Source: Candidatus Eiseniibacteriota bacterium
GTDB lineage: Bacteria; Joyebacterota; Joyebacteria; Joyebacterales; Joyebacteraceae
NCBI GenBank assembly: GCA_043819135.1
Contig: JBDRFG010000099.1
Location: 1 to 32,057 of the forward strand
DNA length: 32,057 nt
Direction: 5' to 3'
Position 1 is the stretch's first letter. Every line of letters starts with the position of its first letter. Made by a program: the position numbers and the translations under genes. This document shows, in pieces, positions 16,181-24,829 of this stretch. The notes under the pieces are model-generated. The model did not search any database. It was given only the letters and a program-made list of their open reading frames with translations, and was not told the DNA's origin.

Positions 16181-17833
16181 ATGTCGCGGATTGGGGGAGA
16201 AGGTCATGAGGAGCGTCCTGGTGTTTGTGGCGTTGTGTCCGGTGATCCGGCGCAGCTCACCGTCACCAACGAGAGGAACGAGATGCCCATCCACGTGGCC
16301 ACCGCGGGCGGGCACGTGGATGTGGTCCGACTGCTGCTTGACCGCGGGGCGCAGGTCGCTGCGGGTGACAACGAGAACAGCACCGCGCTCGATGTCGCCG
16401 CGATCTTCGGCCACCTGGACCTCGCCAGGTTCCTTGCCGAGAGAGGAGTCGATCCGAGACACGGTGACATCAACGGCATGACGCCGCTTCACTTCGCCTG
16501 CTACAACGGGAACGCTGACATCGGCGGCTTTCTAATCGGGCACGGAGCCGACGTCCGAGCGACAACGAACTCAGGCAGCACGCCCCTTCATGACGCCTCC
16601 TTCAATGGTGACATAGAGTGCATGAACCTCGCTCTCGACGGCGACGCGATCATCGACGCGACGGAGGGTGGGTTTGCGGACGTGGCCGCGCGACTCATAG
16701 AGCGCGGGGCCGACGTGCACGCCGAACCGCCGGACGGAATGACGGCGCTCATGCGGGCTCTGGACCAGGGGCACCTCGAGATGTCGCAGCTGCTGTTGGA
16801 CAGCGGTGTGGACGTCAACGCCGCCGACCCCGACATGGGGCGTACGGCTCTCCATACCGCGTCACTGAGAGGGTGGCCCGACGTCGCGGGGCTCCTGCTC
16901 GAGAAAGGGGCGGACCTTTCGGCCGAGGATGCCTACGGCATGACCCCGCTCGAATACGCGGGGAAGTACGGCCACAGGGACGTGGCCGAGCTCCTACAGT
17001 CCCGGGGCGCCGCCGAGGCGCACATGGCTGAGAACTACGGCCGCTCTCCGGCGCTCGACAAGAGCGTGAAGAGCGGGCAGGCGTCTCTCTGGTATCTGGG
17101 GCACTGCGGATGGGCGGTGAAGACGGAGGAGCATTTCCTGATCTTCGATTACTGGAGTGGCGCCGGTGCTCCCCCGGCGACGCCGTGCATCACGAACGGC
17201 CACATCGACCCCTCCGAGCTGTCAGATGAGCACGTGTATGTCTTCGTTACTCACGAGCACGGCGACCACTACGATCCGGTCATCCACGAGTGGAGCGACG
17301 CGCTGGACAACGTGACGTACGTCTACGGCTTCAGGCCGGAACTGACCCCGCAGTACCGGACCGCCGAATACGACGGTCCCGAGTACGAATACGTCGGTCC
17401 GAGAGAGTATTGTGAGCTGGACGGTCTCAAGATCAGGACCGTCCGGGCCAACGACGGCGGCGTAGGGTTTCTGATCGAGGTCGACGGGCTCAGCCTCTAT
17501 CACGCCGGAGATCACGCTGGCTGGGCGGACGGCGAGCGCGACGGCTTCTTCGGGGAGATAGACTACCTCGCGCCCCACACGGAAGGGCTCGACCTGGCAT
17601 TCCTCAATGTGACCGGTTGCCACTCTCACGATCCGGATCGCCTGCTGGAAGGCAACGTCTACACGCTCGACGTCATGAACCCGAACGTGCTCATACCGAC
17701 GCACGCGATCGGCCGCGAGTACATCTACGCGGGGGCGGCGGAGAGACTCGCGGAGGAAGACGTGAGAACCAGCGTCTGCTGCCCAAAGAACCGCGGGGAC
17801 AGCTACTTCTACAACGGGGAAGCAATGGAGTAG
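16181..17833 (+). CDS. Ankyrin-repeat plus metallo-beta-lactamase-fold fusion protein, 5' end probably frameshifted
   Basis: Multiple TPLH/TALH ankyrin repeats, then WYLGHCGW..THEHGDHY..YHAGD..IPTH. The best RBS-ATG (16206) is in another frame. Confidence 0.85.
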   Translation: MSRIGGEGHEERPGVCGVVSGDPAQLTVTNERNEMPIHVATAGGHVDVVRLLLDRGAQVAAGDNENSTALDVAAIFGHLDLARFLAERGVDPRHGDINGMTPLHFACYNGNADIGGFLIGHGADVRATTNSGSTPLHDASFNGDIECMNLALDGDAIIDATEGGFADVAARLIERGADVHAEPPDGMTALMRALDQGHLEMSQLLLDSGVDVNAADPDMGRTALHTASLRGWPDVAGLLLEKGADLSAEDAYGMTPLEYAGKYGHRDVAELLQSRGAAEAHMAENYGRSPALDKSVKSGQASLWYLGHCGWAVKTEEHFLIFDYWSGAGAPPATPCITNGHIDPSELSDEHVYVFVTHEHGDHYDPVIHEWSDALDNVTYVYGFRPELTPQYRTAEYDGPEYEYVGPREYCELDGLKIRTVRANDGGVGFLIEVDGLSLYHAGDHAGWADGERDGFFGEIDYLAPHTEGLDLAFLNVTGCHSHDPDRLLEGNVYTLDVMNPNVLIPTHAIGREYIYAGAAERLAEEDVRTSVCCPKNRGDSYFYNGEAME

Positions 17834-17925
17834 CGGCGCGGGAACCGGTCCGACCGACCGCCGGCCCGGGCGGGCACGCAAGGTTGAGCGCCCACGGATT
17901 CCGGCAAGCCAGACCAACTACGGTA

Positions 17926-17954
17926 TTGACAATCGCACGGAAACGCAGTATCCT
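17926..17954 (+). promoter_or_regulatory. sigma70 promoter for the pro-peptide/activator pair
   Basis: TTGACA-17 nt-TATCCT. Confidence 0.75.
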
Positions 17955-18099
17955 CCCTTTGGACTCTGCAGTGAGAACCCCACCAGATAGCTGTGCTGGC
18001 TCGTCGCCAGACGCTTCGGTTGACTTCCGGACTCGGAGGCGACGAGGCTCAAGTTGAACGGACCGGTACCAGATCATATGCCCCCCAAGGAGGATGATC

Positions 18100-18468
18100 A
18101 TGAGCGCGAGGAGATTGCTCGCCCTGCTTGTGGTCGTTGCGTTGGGCCTGCTTCTGATGTGCCCCACGGCGCTTTCGCGCCCCGAACATCCACTCGTTGA
18201 CGCCACCGGTGCTGGTGACGCGACCAACCCAGGCGACGAAGAGGATCCGGATATTCCGAACGGGAATATCGACGGGGACGACGACAACTGGGACAAGTCC
18301 GCCGTCAACGGATACACGGTGGCGGAGTCGTTCGGCGAAAGCGGTGGTGTGGTGTGGGGAGCAGACACCAGCGGATCCGAGGACGTGCTTTCTCGGATGG
18401 AGATCAGTCTGAGCATGCGGCTCACACTGCTCCTGCAGTCGTGGGTCATTTTCTCCGGCTTGCGCTGA
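18100..18468 (+). CDS. Small secreted acidic protein (122 aa), putative signalling pro-peptide
   Basis: AAGGAGG RBS 6 nt before ATG 18100, signal peptide ending PTALS, acidic GDEEDPD/GDDDNWDK core and hydrophobic C-terminal helix. Confidence 0.8.
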   Translation: MSARRLLALLVVVALGLLLMCPTALSRPEHPLVDATGAGDATNPGDEEDPDIPNGNIDGDDDNWDKSAVNGYTVAESFGESGGVVWGADTSGSEDVLSRMEISLSMRLTLLLQSWVIFSGLR

Positions 18469-18489
18469 TCTCTGTACGGGAGGAAGCGA

Positions 18490-21400
18490 TTGGCTCGGAA
18501 GCGACCAGACATCAAACCTGACCTGAGTGCCCAAAGAGGACCGGGCGAACACGGGAGTCCGAACTCCCGCGAGTCCGCCGTCTCCGTCCTCCGCATGGGT
18601 CAGTTCTATCTGGAGTCCGACAGCTACTCCGATGCGATGGAGTATCTCAAGCGTGTCGACGAGGACGCGCTGCGATCACAGCTGTCGGACGCCGAGGTCG
18701 TAACGCTGTACGCAGGTCTGGCCCGGTGCTGTCTCGGTCTTGGCAGACACGACGAGGCCAGAGGCCACGCCGAGAAGGTCGCCACCCTTGCCGCCCGTCG
18801 TGAAGACCCCGTTTCCGCCGCGGAGGCAGACGTAATCCTGGCGAAAACGGAAGGCAAGAGCGGCCGTTTCAGGAAGTCCCTGCGCGCGGCCGAGAGGGCG
18901 TACGCGGTGCTCAGGAAGGAACCGGACAGCGCCCTGCTGGCAGAAGCCAGCAAGGCGTTGGGTGCCGCGCACGCGGAACTCGGGAACATGACGGCCGCGA
19001 GGGACTGCCTCATCGACTGTCTCGTGTGCAACAGACGCCTCGGCAACGAAGAGGGAGTCGCCGGGGCGTACAACAACCTTGGTATTCTGGCCAAGCGGTC
19101 GGGCGATCTCTCCACCGCCATCGATTACTTCGAGCGGTCCCTCGAGATCGACAGGAGACTGGGAAGGCCCGCCGCCATCGCGCGCCGGCTGAACAACCTC
19201 GGCGTGGCACTCTACAGGTACTCGCGGTGGAGCGAGGCTGAGGAGAATCTCAAGCAGGCGTGGGAGATCTACACGCACCTCGGCGCCGCCCGAGACATCG
19301 TCGCGGTGGAGTCGGCGCTGGGCAACCTCTGCCGGGTCAGGCGCAACTGGAGGGGCGCACGCGAGTACTTCACGCGCGTGCTTCGCACCAGCCAGAAGGA
19401 AGGGTACCGCCGCGCGGAGGCGCTCGCCTTCGAGTTCCTCGGAGATCTTGAGAGAGACCAGGGACGATTCGACGAGGCGCTGCGGGCGCTTGACCAGGCC
19501 CTGGCCTGCGCCCACAGGTTGTCGTCCGTGAGCGACGTCATCGGTGAGGTGCTCAGGCGTAGGGCCGAGGTCTACCTTGCGCTAGGCCGCCTCGATGACG
19601 CCGAGCGGGACTGCACTTCCGCCCTCGATCTCTGTCGCAAGATCGGCGACAGGCTGGAGGAGGGAGCCGCCCTGAGAGTTCTGGCGGCTGTCTCCTACGC
19701 GAAGAGCGAACGTTCCGACGCCAGCGTGCTTTCCGCCCGGGCCGAACGCCTCCAGACGCGGAACGGGGACCCGTTCGCGCTCGCCATGACCGCTTTGACG
19801 GACGGTATAGGCATGCGACTGTCCGGCCGCGTCGACGGGAGCGTGCTGGACATCATGGAGTCAAGACTCTGTACGGCGGAGCAGCTCTTCGAGAGTATCG
19901 GAGCTCACTACTGGGTGGCCAGATGTTCCCTCGAGAGAACCAAGGCGCTCCACGCCGCCGGGAACGACGAGCGCTGTCGCGTCTGGCTGGAGAAGGCGCG
20001 CCCCGAACTCCAGAGGGTCGGCGACGAGATCGGTCTGGCGGAGCTCGTGATCCTGCAGCGTGAACTTGACGCCGAACTTGCCGAACGCGCCGCGCTGCTG
20101 CCGAGCAGGTATTCCGTGCTCGCGGACGCCTCGCTCCTGTTGCGAACGAGCGCCAGGGACCCAGCGGTCCTTCACGGGTTCGCGATGGCCGTGGCAGACG
20201 AGGTGTCGGCAGACCGGGTCGTGGTCTTTCGGCAGGAGGCGAACGCGCAGCCGCGTGTGGTGACGTCCTTCGGACGTACCGGCAGGCGATTGGCCGAGGT
20301 GCGGCGCCTTGTCCGGTCGGCGGTCGGTGGTGGCAGTCTCGCCGGGCCCTTCGTGTCGGCGGGGAAGCGGCCGGATGCACCGATGGCGCGGCGGCTCGCC
20401 GCGGTGGCTTTGATCCCGGCGGAGACCTACCCCGCGACCGACCAGACTCTTCTTCTCTACGCGGATCGCCTGAACGGCGATGGCGCGGCCGCGTTCAGTA
20501 GGTCGGACGTCGAGTTCCTCGGCGCGTCGGCCAGACTGCTCGCGGACACGCTTCGCGAAGGCTTGCCGCGTGCATTCGAGCGGTCGGGCGGCCAGAGACG
20601 CGAATCCCCCGTCCCCGATCTGCCCCGAGGGTTCATCACGCGGGACCCGGTCACGGCGAAGATACTCGCGAGCGTCACACGTCTGTGTGACAGCACTATA
20701 CCCATCCTGATGCTCGGCGAGTCCGGTGTCGGTAAGGACATTCTCGCCCGGGCGGTCCACGACGGCAGTTCGAGAACCGGTCGTCTTGTCGCCCTGAACT
20801 CGGGCGCCGTGCCTCCGCATCTGCAGGAGAGCGAGCTGTTCGGGCACGTGAGAGGGGCATTCACTGACGCGGACCGCGACCGCGCGGGACTCATCGAGTC
20901 CGCATCGAACGGCACCCTCTTCCTTGACGAGATCGGCGACATGAGTGCCGAGCTACAGGTCAAGCTCTTGAGGTTCCTGCAGAGCGGCGAGTACAGGCGA
21001 GTGGGGGACAGCGCTATCCGGACGAGCAACGCCAGGGTCGTATCGGCCACCAACAAGGATCTCCACGCCGAGGTGCTCGAGGGCGGATTCCGACGCGACC
21101 TGTTCTACAGGCTTAGCGCGTTTACGGTGGAGATCCCCCCACTGCGCGAGCGACCCTGCGACATCGTTCCTTTGATGCGCCACTTCCTTGCGACCTACGC
21201 AGAGCTTGAGGGCAAGGAGGTTCCGGGCTTCTCCGATGATGTCGTGGAGCTGTTCCAGCACTACGATTGGGCAGGGAACAACGTCCGCGAACTGGAGAAC
21301 GAGGTTCGCAGATGCGTCGCGCTGTGCGCGGAAGGTGAACCCATCTGTCTCGACCAGATCCGTCCCGAACTCGTTGTCATGCGCGAGGCCATCCTGGCCT

Positions 21401-21579
21401 CCGGCAGGGCCGCGCCAGGCGACGCGTTGTCCCTCAAGGATGAGGTCGAGGCGTTGGAGCAGGGCCGCATCCGCGACGCGCTGGCTCGGCACTCCCGGAG
21501 CAAGCTCGACGCCGCCCGGTCTCTTGGCATGTCGCGGACGGGCCTCTACACCAAGATGAGGAAGTACGGGATGGAGTGA
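18490..21579 (+). CDS. sigma54-dependent enhancer-binding protein: TPR array, GAF-like domain, AAA+ and Fis-type HTH
   Basis: TPRs (AYNNLG, LNNLG, SALGNL), Walker A GESGVGKD, ESELFGH..GAFTDA, LFLDEIGD, FRRDLFYRL, GNNVRELEN and AARSLGMSRTGLYTKM. TTG start after GGAGG. Confidence 0.95.
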   Translation: MARKRPDIKPDLSAQRGPGEHGSPNSRESAVSVLRMGQFYLESDSYSDAMEYLKRVDEDALRSQLSDAEVVTLYAGLARCCLGLGRHDEARGHAEKVATLAARREDPVSAAEADVILAKTEGKSGRFRKSLRAAERAYAVLRKEPDSALLAEASKALGAAHAELGNMTAARDCLIDCLVCNRRLGNEEGVAGAYNNLGILAKRSGDLSTAIDYFERSLEIDRRLGRPAAIARRLNNLGVALYRYSRWSEAEENLKQAWEIYTHLGAARDIVAVESALGNLCRVRRNWRGAREYFTRVLRTSQKEGYRRAEALAFEFLGDLERDQGRFDEALRALDQALACAHRLSSVSDVIGEVLRRRAEVYLALGRLDDAERDCTSALDLCRKIGDRLEEGAALRVLAAVSYAKSERSDASVLSARAERLQTRNGDPFALAMTALTDGIGMRLSGRVDGSVLDIMESRLCTAEQLFESIGAHYWVARCSLERTKALHAAGNDERCRVWLEKARPELQRVGDEIGLAELVILQRELDAELAERAALLPSRYSVLADASLLLRTSARDPAVLHGFAMAVADEVSADRVVVFRQEANAQPRVVTSFGRTGRRLAEVRRLVRSAVGGGSLAGPFVSAGKRPDAPMARRLAAVALIPAETYPATDQTLLLYADRLNGDGAAAFSRSDVEFLGASARLLADTLREGLPRAFERSGGQRRESPVPDLPRGFITRDPVTAKILASVTRLCDSTIPILMLGESGVGKDILARAVHDGSSRTGRLVALNSGAVPPHLQESELFGHVRGAFTDADRDRAGLIESASNGTLFLDEIGDMSAELQVKLLRFLQSGEYRRVGDSAIRTSNARVVSATNKDLHAEVLEGGFRRDLFYRLSAFTVEIPPLRERPCDIVPLMRHFLATYAELEGKEVPGFSDDVVELFQHYDWAGNNVRELENEVRRCVALCAEGEPICLDQIRPELVVMREAILASGRAAPGDALSLKDEVEALEQGRIRDALARHSRSKLDAARSLGMSRTGLYTKMRKYGME

Positions 21580-21779
21580 GCCAGCCCGAGAGGCTCCTCG
21601 CGCCACCCTGCCACGGCCAGCGGACACCCCCCAACACGCCCCCCCAGACATGCGGAACGCCTACGGGCGGACCGCTCGTCGTTACTCTCCCGCGGTACTG
21701 GACGCCGTCGCGCCCTCGCGCCACCGCAACCCACTCTCTTCTCCACCACGAGCCGCCCGCCAGCGTTTCGGCAGCTTGC

Positions 21780-21828
21780 TGACACTGTCAAGACGTCGGG
21801 AACCCGACGACCTGTCGTGATCGTGACG
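21780..21828. promoter_or_regulatory. Candidate upstream activator sequences (tandem YGTC-N8-GACG palindromes)
   Basis: CGTCGGGAACCCGACG (21794-21809), TGTCGTGATCGTGACG (21813-21828) and TGACACTGTCA (21780-21790), about 200 bp upstream of a sigma54 promoter. Confidence 0.5.
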
Positions 21829-22021
21829 TTCCCCTAACCTCCGATATCCGAACAGGATAGGTGCGCCTCATGGGCCGGGTCCGCGACGGTGTGTCGCGGA
21901 CGCTCCGAAACGCCCATAACACTGCATTCGGCACGAACTCAAAAAGGGCTTTAACTGCTTGTCACTGAAGGAGTTACAGTCTGTCTGCGGCAGCCCGACT
22001 CGGGCGCTGCAGACCGGGTAC

Positions 22022-22037
22022 TGGCACGCTTAATGCG
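22022..22037 (+). promoter_or_regulatory. sigma54 (-24/-12) promoter
   Basis: TGGCACGCTTAATGCG, GG-N10-GC, downstream of a sigma54 activator gene. Confidence 0.8.
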
Positions 22038-22047
22038 GTTCTGAGAG

Positions 22048-22528
22048 GCGGAGCGCTCTTGCGCGGGGGTTGGTCCAGTTGTCCACAGCATCTGATCTGT
22101 CGTGGAGAGCGCACCAGAAACTGACAGTCGAGGCCCGTCGTGTAGGAGCGACGACCTGGCTGCGGCTGACGTGTTGCGGCTGACGCGCCCGGACCAGGAT
22201 GAAGCTGGAAGGAGGTGGTGCGGCAGGAGGAACCCGACCCGACTCTGGTGAAGGGGTTCCCCAGCTGTTGGGTCAGCTACTGCAGAGTTCCCCGGAGTTC
22301 TTCGCGACTCCCCGCCGTCTGTCTCAAGACGGGGGCCCGTCCGCCAGCAGGCCTCCTGACCTTAGTTCGGGCGGGGCGCCGACCAGACTCAACTTCGCGT
22401 TAGTATCGTCGGGCCCGTTGACTCTTCGCTGTCTATCCGGTAGGGGGTGTGTTCCGTTTCGGACAGCGAGGAAGCCGGCGGGCTCGACGTACGAAGGAAT
22501 CCCCGCGGCCGGCGGCCGCGGGGGTTTC
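22048..22528 (+). ncRNA. Putative sigma54-driven structured RNA of unknown family
   Basis: Bounded by a sigma54 promoter and a terminator-like hairpin, with no convincing ORF, several stems and a GGA cluster. Confidence 0.4.
22498..22528. terminator. GC-rich hairpin, probable (bidirectional) terminator
   Basis: AATCCCCGCGGCC-GGC-GGCCGCGGGGGTT followed by TC. Confidence 0.65.
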
Positions 22529-22578
22529 GCCCTGCCCGACCCCGACGCACGAGTGGGGTCGCATCTCACCCTCAGAGT

Positions 22579-24624
22579 CTACTCCATGATGTGGTCGAAG
22601 ATGAATGTGTAGGAGCCGGCGAGGTCGCCGGTGAGCTTCGCACGGCCGGACACGCCGTGCCCGAACTCGGTCTCCTCTTTGTAGAGAACGTCCTTCCCGA
22701 GCTTCTCCAGGACCCAGGCGAATCTGCGCGGGTCCGACGGGGGAACGCGCGGATCGTTGGACCCGGCGGTGACGAGGAGCGGCACGCGGACGTTGTCCGC
22801 GAAATACACGGCGGAAAGCCCGCGGGTCATATCGCTTCCCAGAGGGCCGAACTCCGCCTCGTGCGCCTCCACGAACCCGGGATTGCCGTGTTCGATCGTC
22901 CAGTCGATGTCGGACACCCCGACCTCCGATATCCCGCAGGCGAACTTGTCGGGTGCGTGTACGGCCAGGTAGTTGACGGTGTACCCTCCGTACGAAGCTC
23001 CCCAGATCGCCGTCCGCTCGGGGCTCGTCCAACCCTCGGCAACGAGATAGTCCAGAGCGGCCTCGGCGTCTTCGAGCGCCTGATAGCGACCGTCGAGATT
23101 GTCGGCTCGCTCCCACGTGGGGCCATACCCCGTTGAGCCCCTGACGTTCGGGAAGCAGAAGACCACACCACGCGCGAGCGCGAAGGCGATGTTCCTCTGG
23201 AACGCCGGAACGCTCTGGCCCGAGGGACCGCCGTGGTAGTTGACGATGCAGGGGTTCGAGCCGTCGCGGGCCGCGCCCTCCGGGACGTAGAGGAGAGCGG
23301 GTACCAAAGTCCCGTCAGTACTGGGATACCGCACGACGTTGACCTCCACGCCGCTGAAATCGTGTCCGAACGTGGATATCGACGCCACCTGCTCCAGTTC
23401 ACTCCCACTGACGCCGAGGTAGAGCACGGTCGGCGGTGTGGAAGGGGAGTTGAAGTCGAACACCATGTCGCCGCTGTCGTTGACCGACGGCGACCCTATG
23501 ATGCCCACGCCGGGCGCCGGGAGTTCGGTGACATTTCCCTCAAGGTCCAGCCTGACCAATTCGTTGTAGCCGTCCCTGTTGAGGGCGACTCCGGCGACGC
23601 CGGTCTCGCGACTGAAGGTGATGCCGTCTATCTCAACGTCGGGAGCGTAGATCACGCGCATCTCGTTGGGTTCGACCGGCGCGTCGGCGGGGTCCATCAG
23701 CGTCACCTTGTAGAATTCGTCCTCGCCCGACAGAGCATCCGACACCATCAGGATGCTGCCGTCACTCGCGTAGTAGGCCTCCCTGACCTCGATGTAACCC
23801 GTGAGATCGGAGGTCTCCCTGTTCGACACGTCGTATTCGAAAAGCTGTAACTCGGAAGCGGTCTTGAAGCGGACACAGAGGACCTTGCCGTTGTGGTAGT
23901 CGACGGGGCCGAACGGCATCGTCTCCGTGTAGAGTGTCTCCACCGCCGCCGAAGCGAGGTCGTAGCGGGCCAGCCAGAAGCCCCCCCGTTTCAGGTCCAT
24001 GATGTGGAAGAAGAAACCGTCGTCGCCGTCGCGGAAGGGGGACGAGAACGCCAGTTCGCGGTCCACGAGCAGAGGCCTGTAAGTTCCGTCCCTCTCGAAC
24101 CGGTATATGTCCCAGTTCTCGTCGCCCTGCTCCATCGCCTCCAGGTAGAGGTAGTTCCCGTCGGGATCGAGGACGTAGTCGCCGAGGTCCATGTTTCGCT
24201 CTGTCCATGCGTTCGGGGTGATCTGCGTCGGCCACCCCCACGGCTCGTCGACGTAGAAGAGCGCTCCCCTCTCGCCGGTGATGCGCATCTGGAAGTAGAT
24301 CCGACCCGTGTTGTCGAGGTCGGGTGATGCGACGTAGTCGATGGACAGCACGTCGCTCAGATCAGCGTAGACGGACGGCCAGTTCGACGACGACGTGATG
24401 CGCTCGTCCGTGATCTGATTGTGTCTCTCGATGAACTCGGCGACGCGCGAGTCGTCCGTGGCGATCCAGGGATCGACCTCCCGGAGAAGAGCCTCGACGC
24501 GGTCTTCTCCCGCATACTCCGACGCTCCGCCGGAGGCGCCCAGCGCTGTCGGCGCACCCATCACTGCAGAAATCGCGACGACCGTCATTACTGCGAACGT
24601 AGCTGCACGAGCCTGCCTCCTCAT
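22579..24624 (-). CDS. Secreted S9 family (prolyl oligopeptidase/acylaminoacyl peptidase-like) serine peptidase
   Basis: Signal peptide, propeller-like N-domain, YHGGP, PNVRGSTGYG, WGASYGG (Ser), NDPRV (Asp) and GHG (His). AAGGAGG RBS. Confidence 0.95.
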   Translation of the reverse strand: MRRQARAATFAVMTVVAISAVMGAPTALGASGGASEYAGEDRVEALLREVDPWIATDDSRVAEFIERHNQITDERITSSSNWPSVYADLSDVLSIDYVASPDLDNTGRIYFQMRITGERGALFYVDEPWGWPTQITPNAWTERNMDLGDYVLDPDGNYLYLEAMEQGDENWDIYRFERDGTYRPLLVDRELAFSSPFRDGDDGFFFHIMDLKRGGFWLARYDLASAAVETLYTETMPFGPVDYHNGKVLCVRFKTASELQLFEYDVSNRETSDLTGYIEVREAYYASDGSILMVSDALSGEDEFYKVTLMDPADAPVEPNEMRVIYAPDVEIDGITFSRETGVAGVALNRDGYNELVRLDLEGNVTELPAPGVGIIGSPSVNDSGDMVFDFNSPSTPPTVLYLGVSGSELEQVASISTFGHDFSGVEVNVVRYPSTDGTLVPALLYVPEGAARDGSNPCIVNYHGGPSGQSVPAFQRNIAFALARGVVFCFPNVRGSTGYGPTWERADNLDGRYQALEDAEAALDYLVAEGWTSPERTAIWGASYGGYTVNYLAVHAPDKFACGISEVGVSDIDWTIEHGNPGFVEAHEAEFGPLGSDMTRGLSAVYFADNVRVPLLVTAGSNDPRVPPSDPRRFAWVLEKLGKDVLYKEETEFGHGVSGRAKLTGDLAGSYTFIFDHIME

Positions 24625-24829
24625 GACCACCCTCCTTGTGCCACCTGTTACAGCGCCGTCTCATGGCCCCCGTAGGTAGGACACGACCCACTGCGAGGCG
24701 GTTTCGCGGCTCGACGCGGGCGCGACGCTCACGATTGTGCTATCCTCTGTCGTTCCCTTTCCTCAAGGACAGTTCGACGAGACGGCGGCCGGCCGGACCG
24801 GACCGCACGTCCCAGGAGTGACAGCGGAA

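Noticed and set aside
22199..22612. ORFs 22199-22612 and 22215-22403 as protein genes
   Set aside because: They have no recognisable motifs, poor RBS spacing and composition typical of GC-rich non-coding frames. The longer one crosses a terminator and overlaps the convergent peptidase. A short peptide is not fully excluded.
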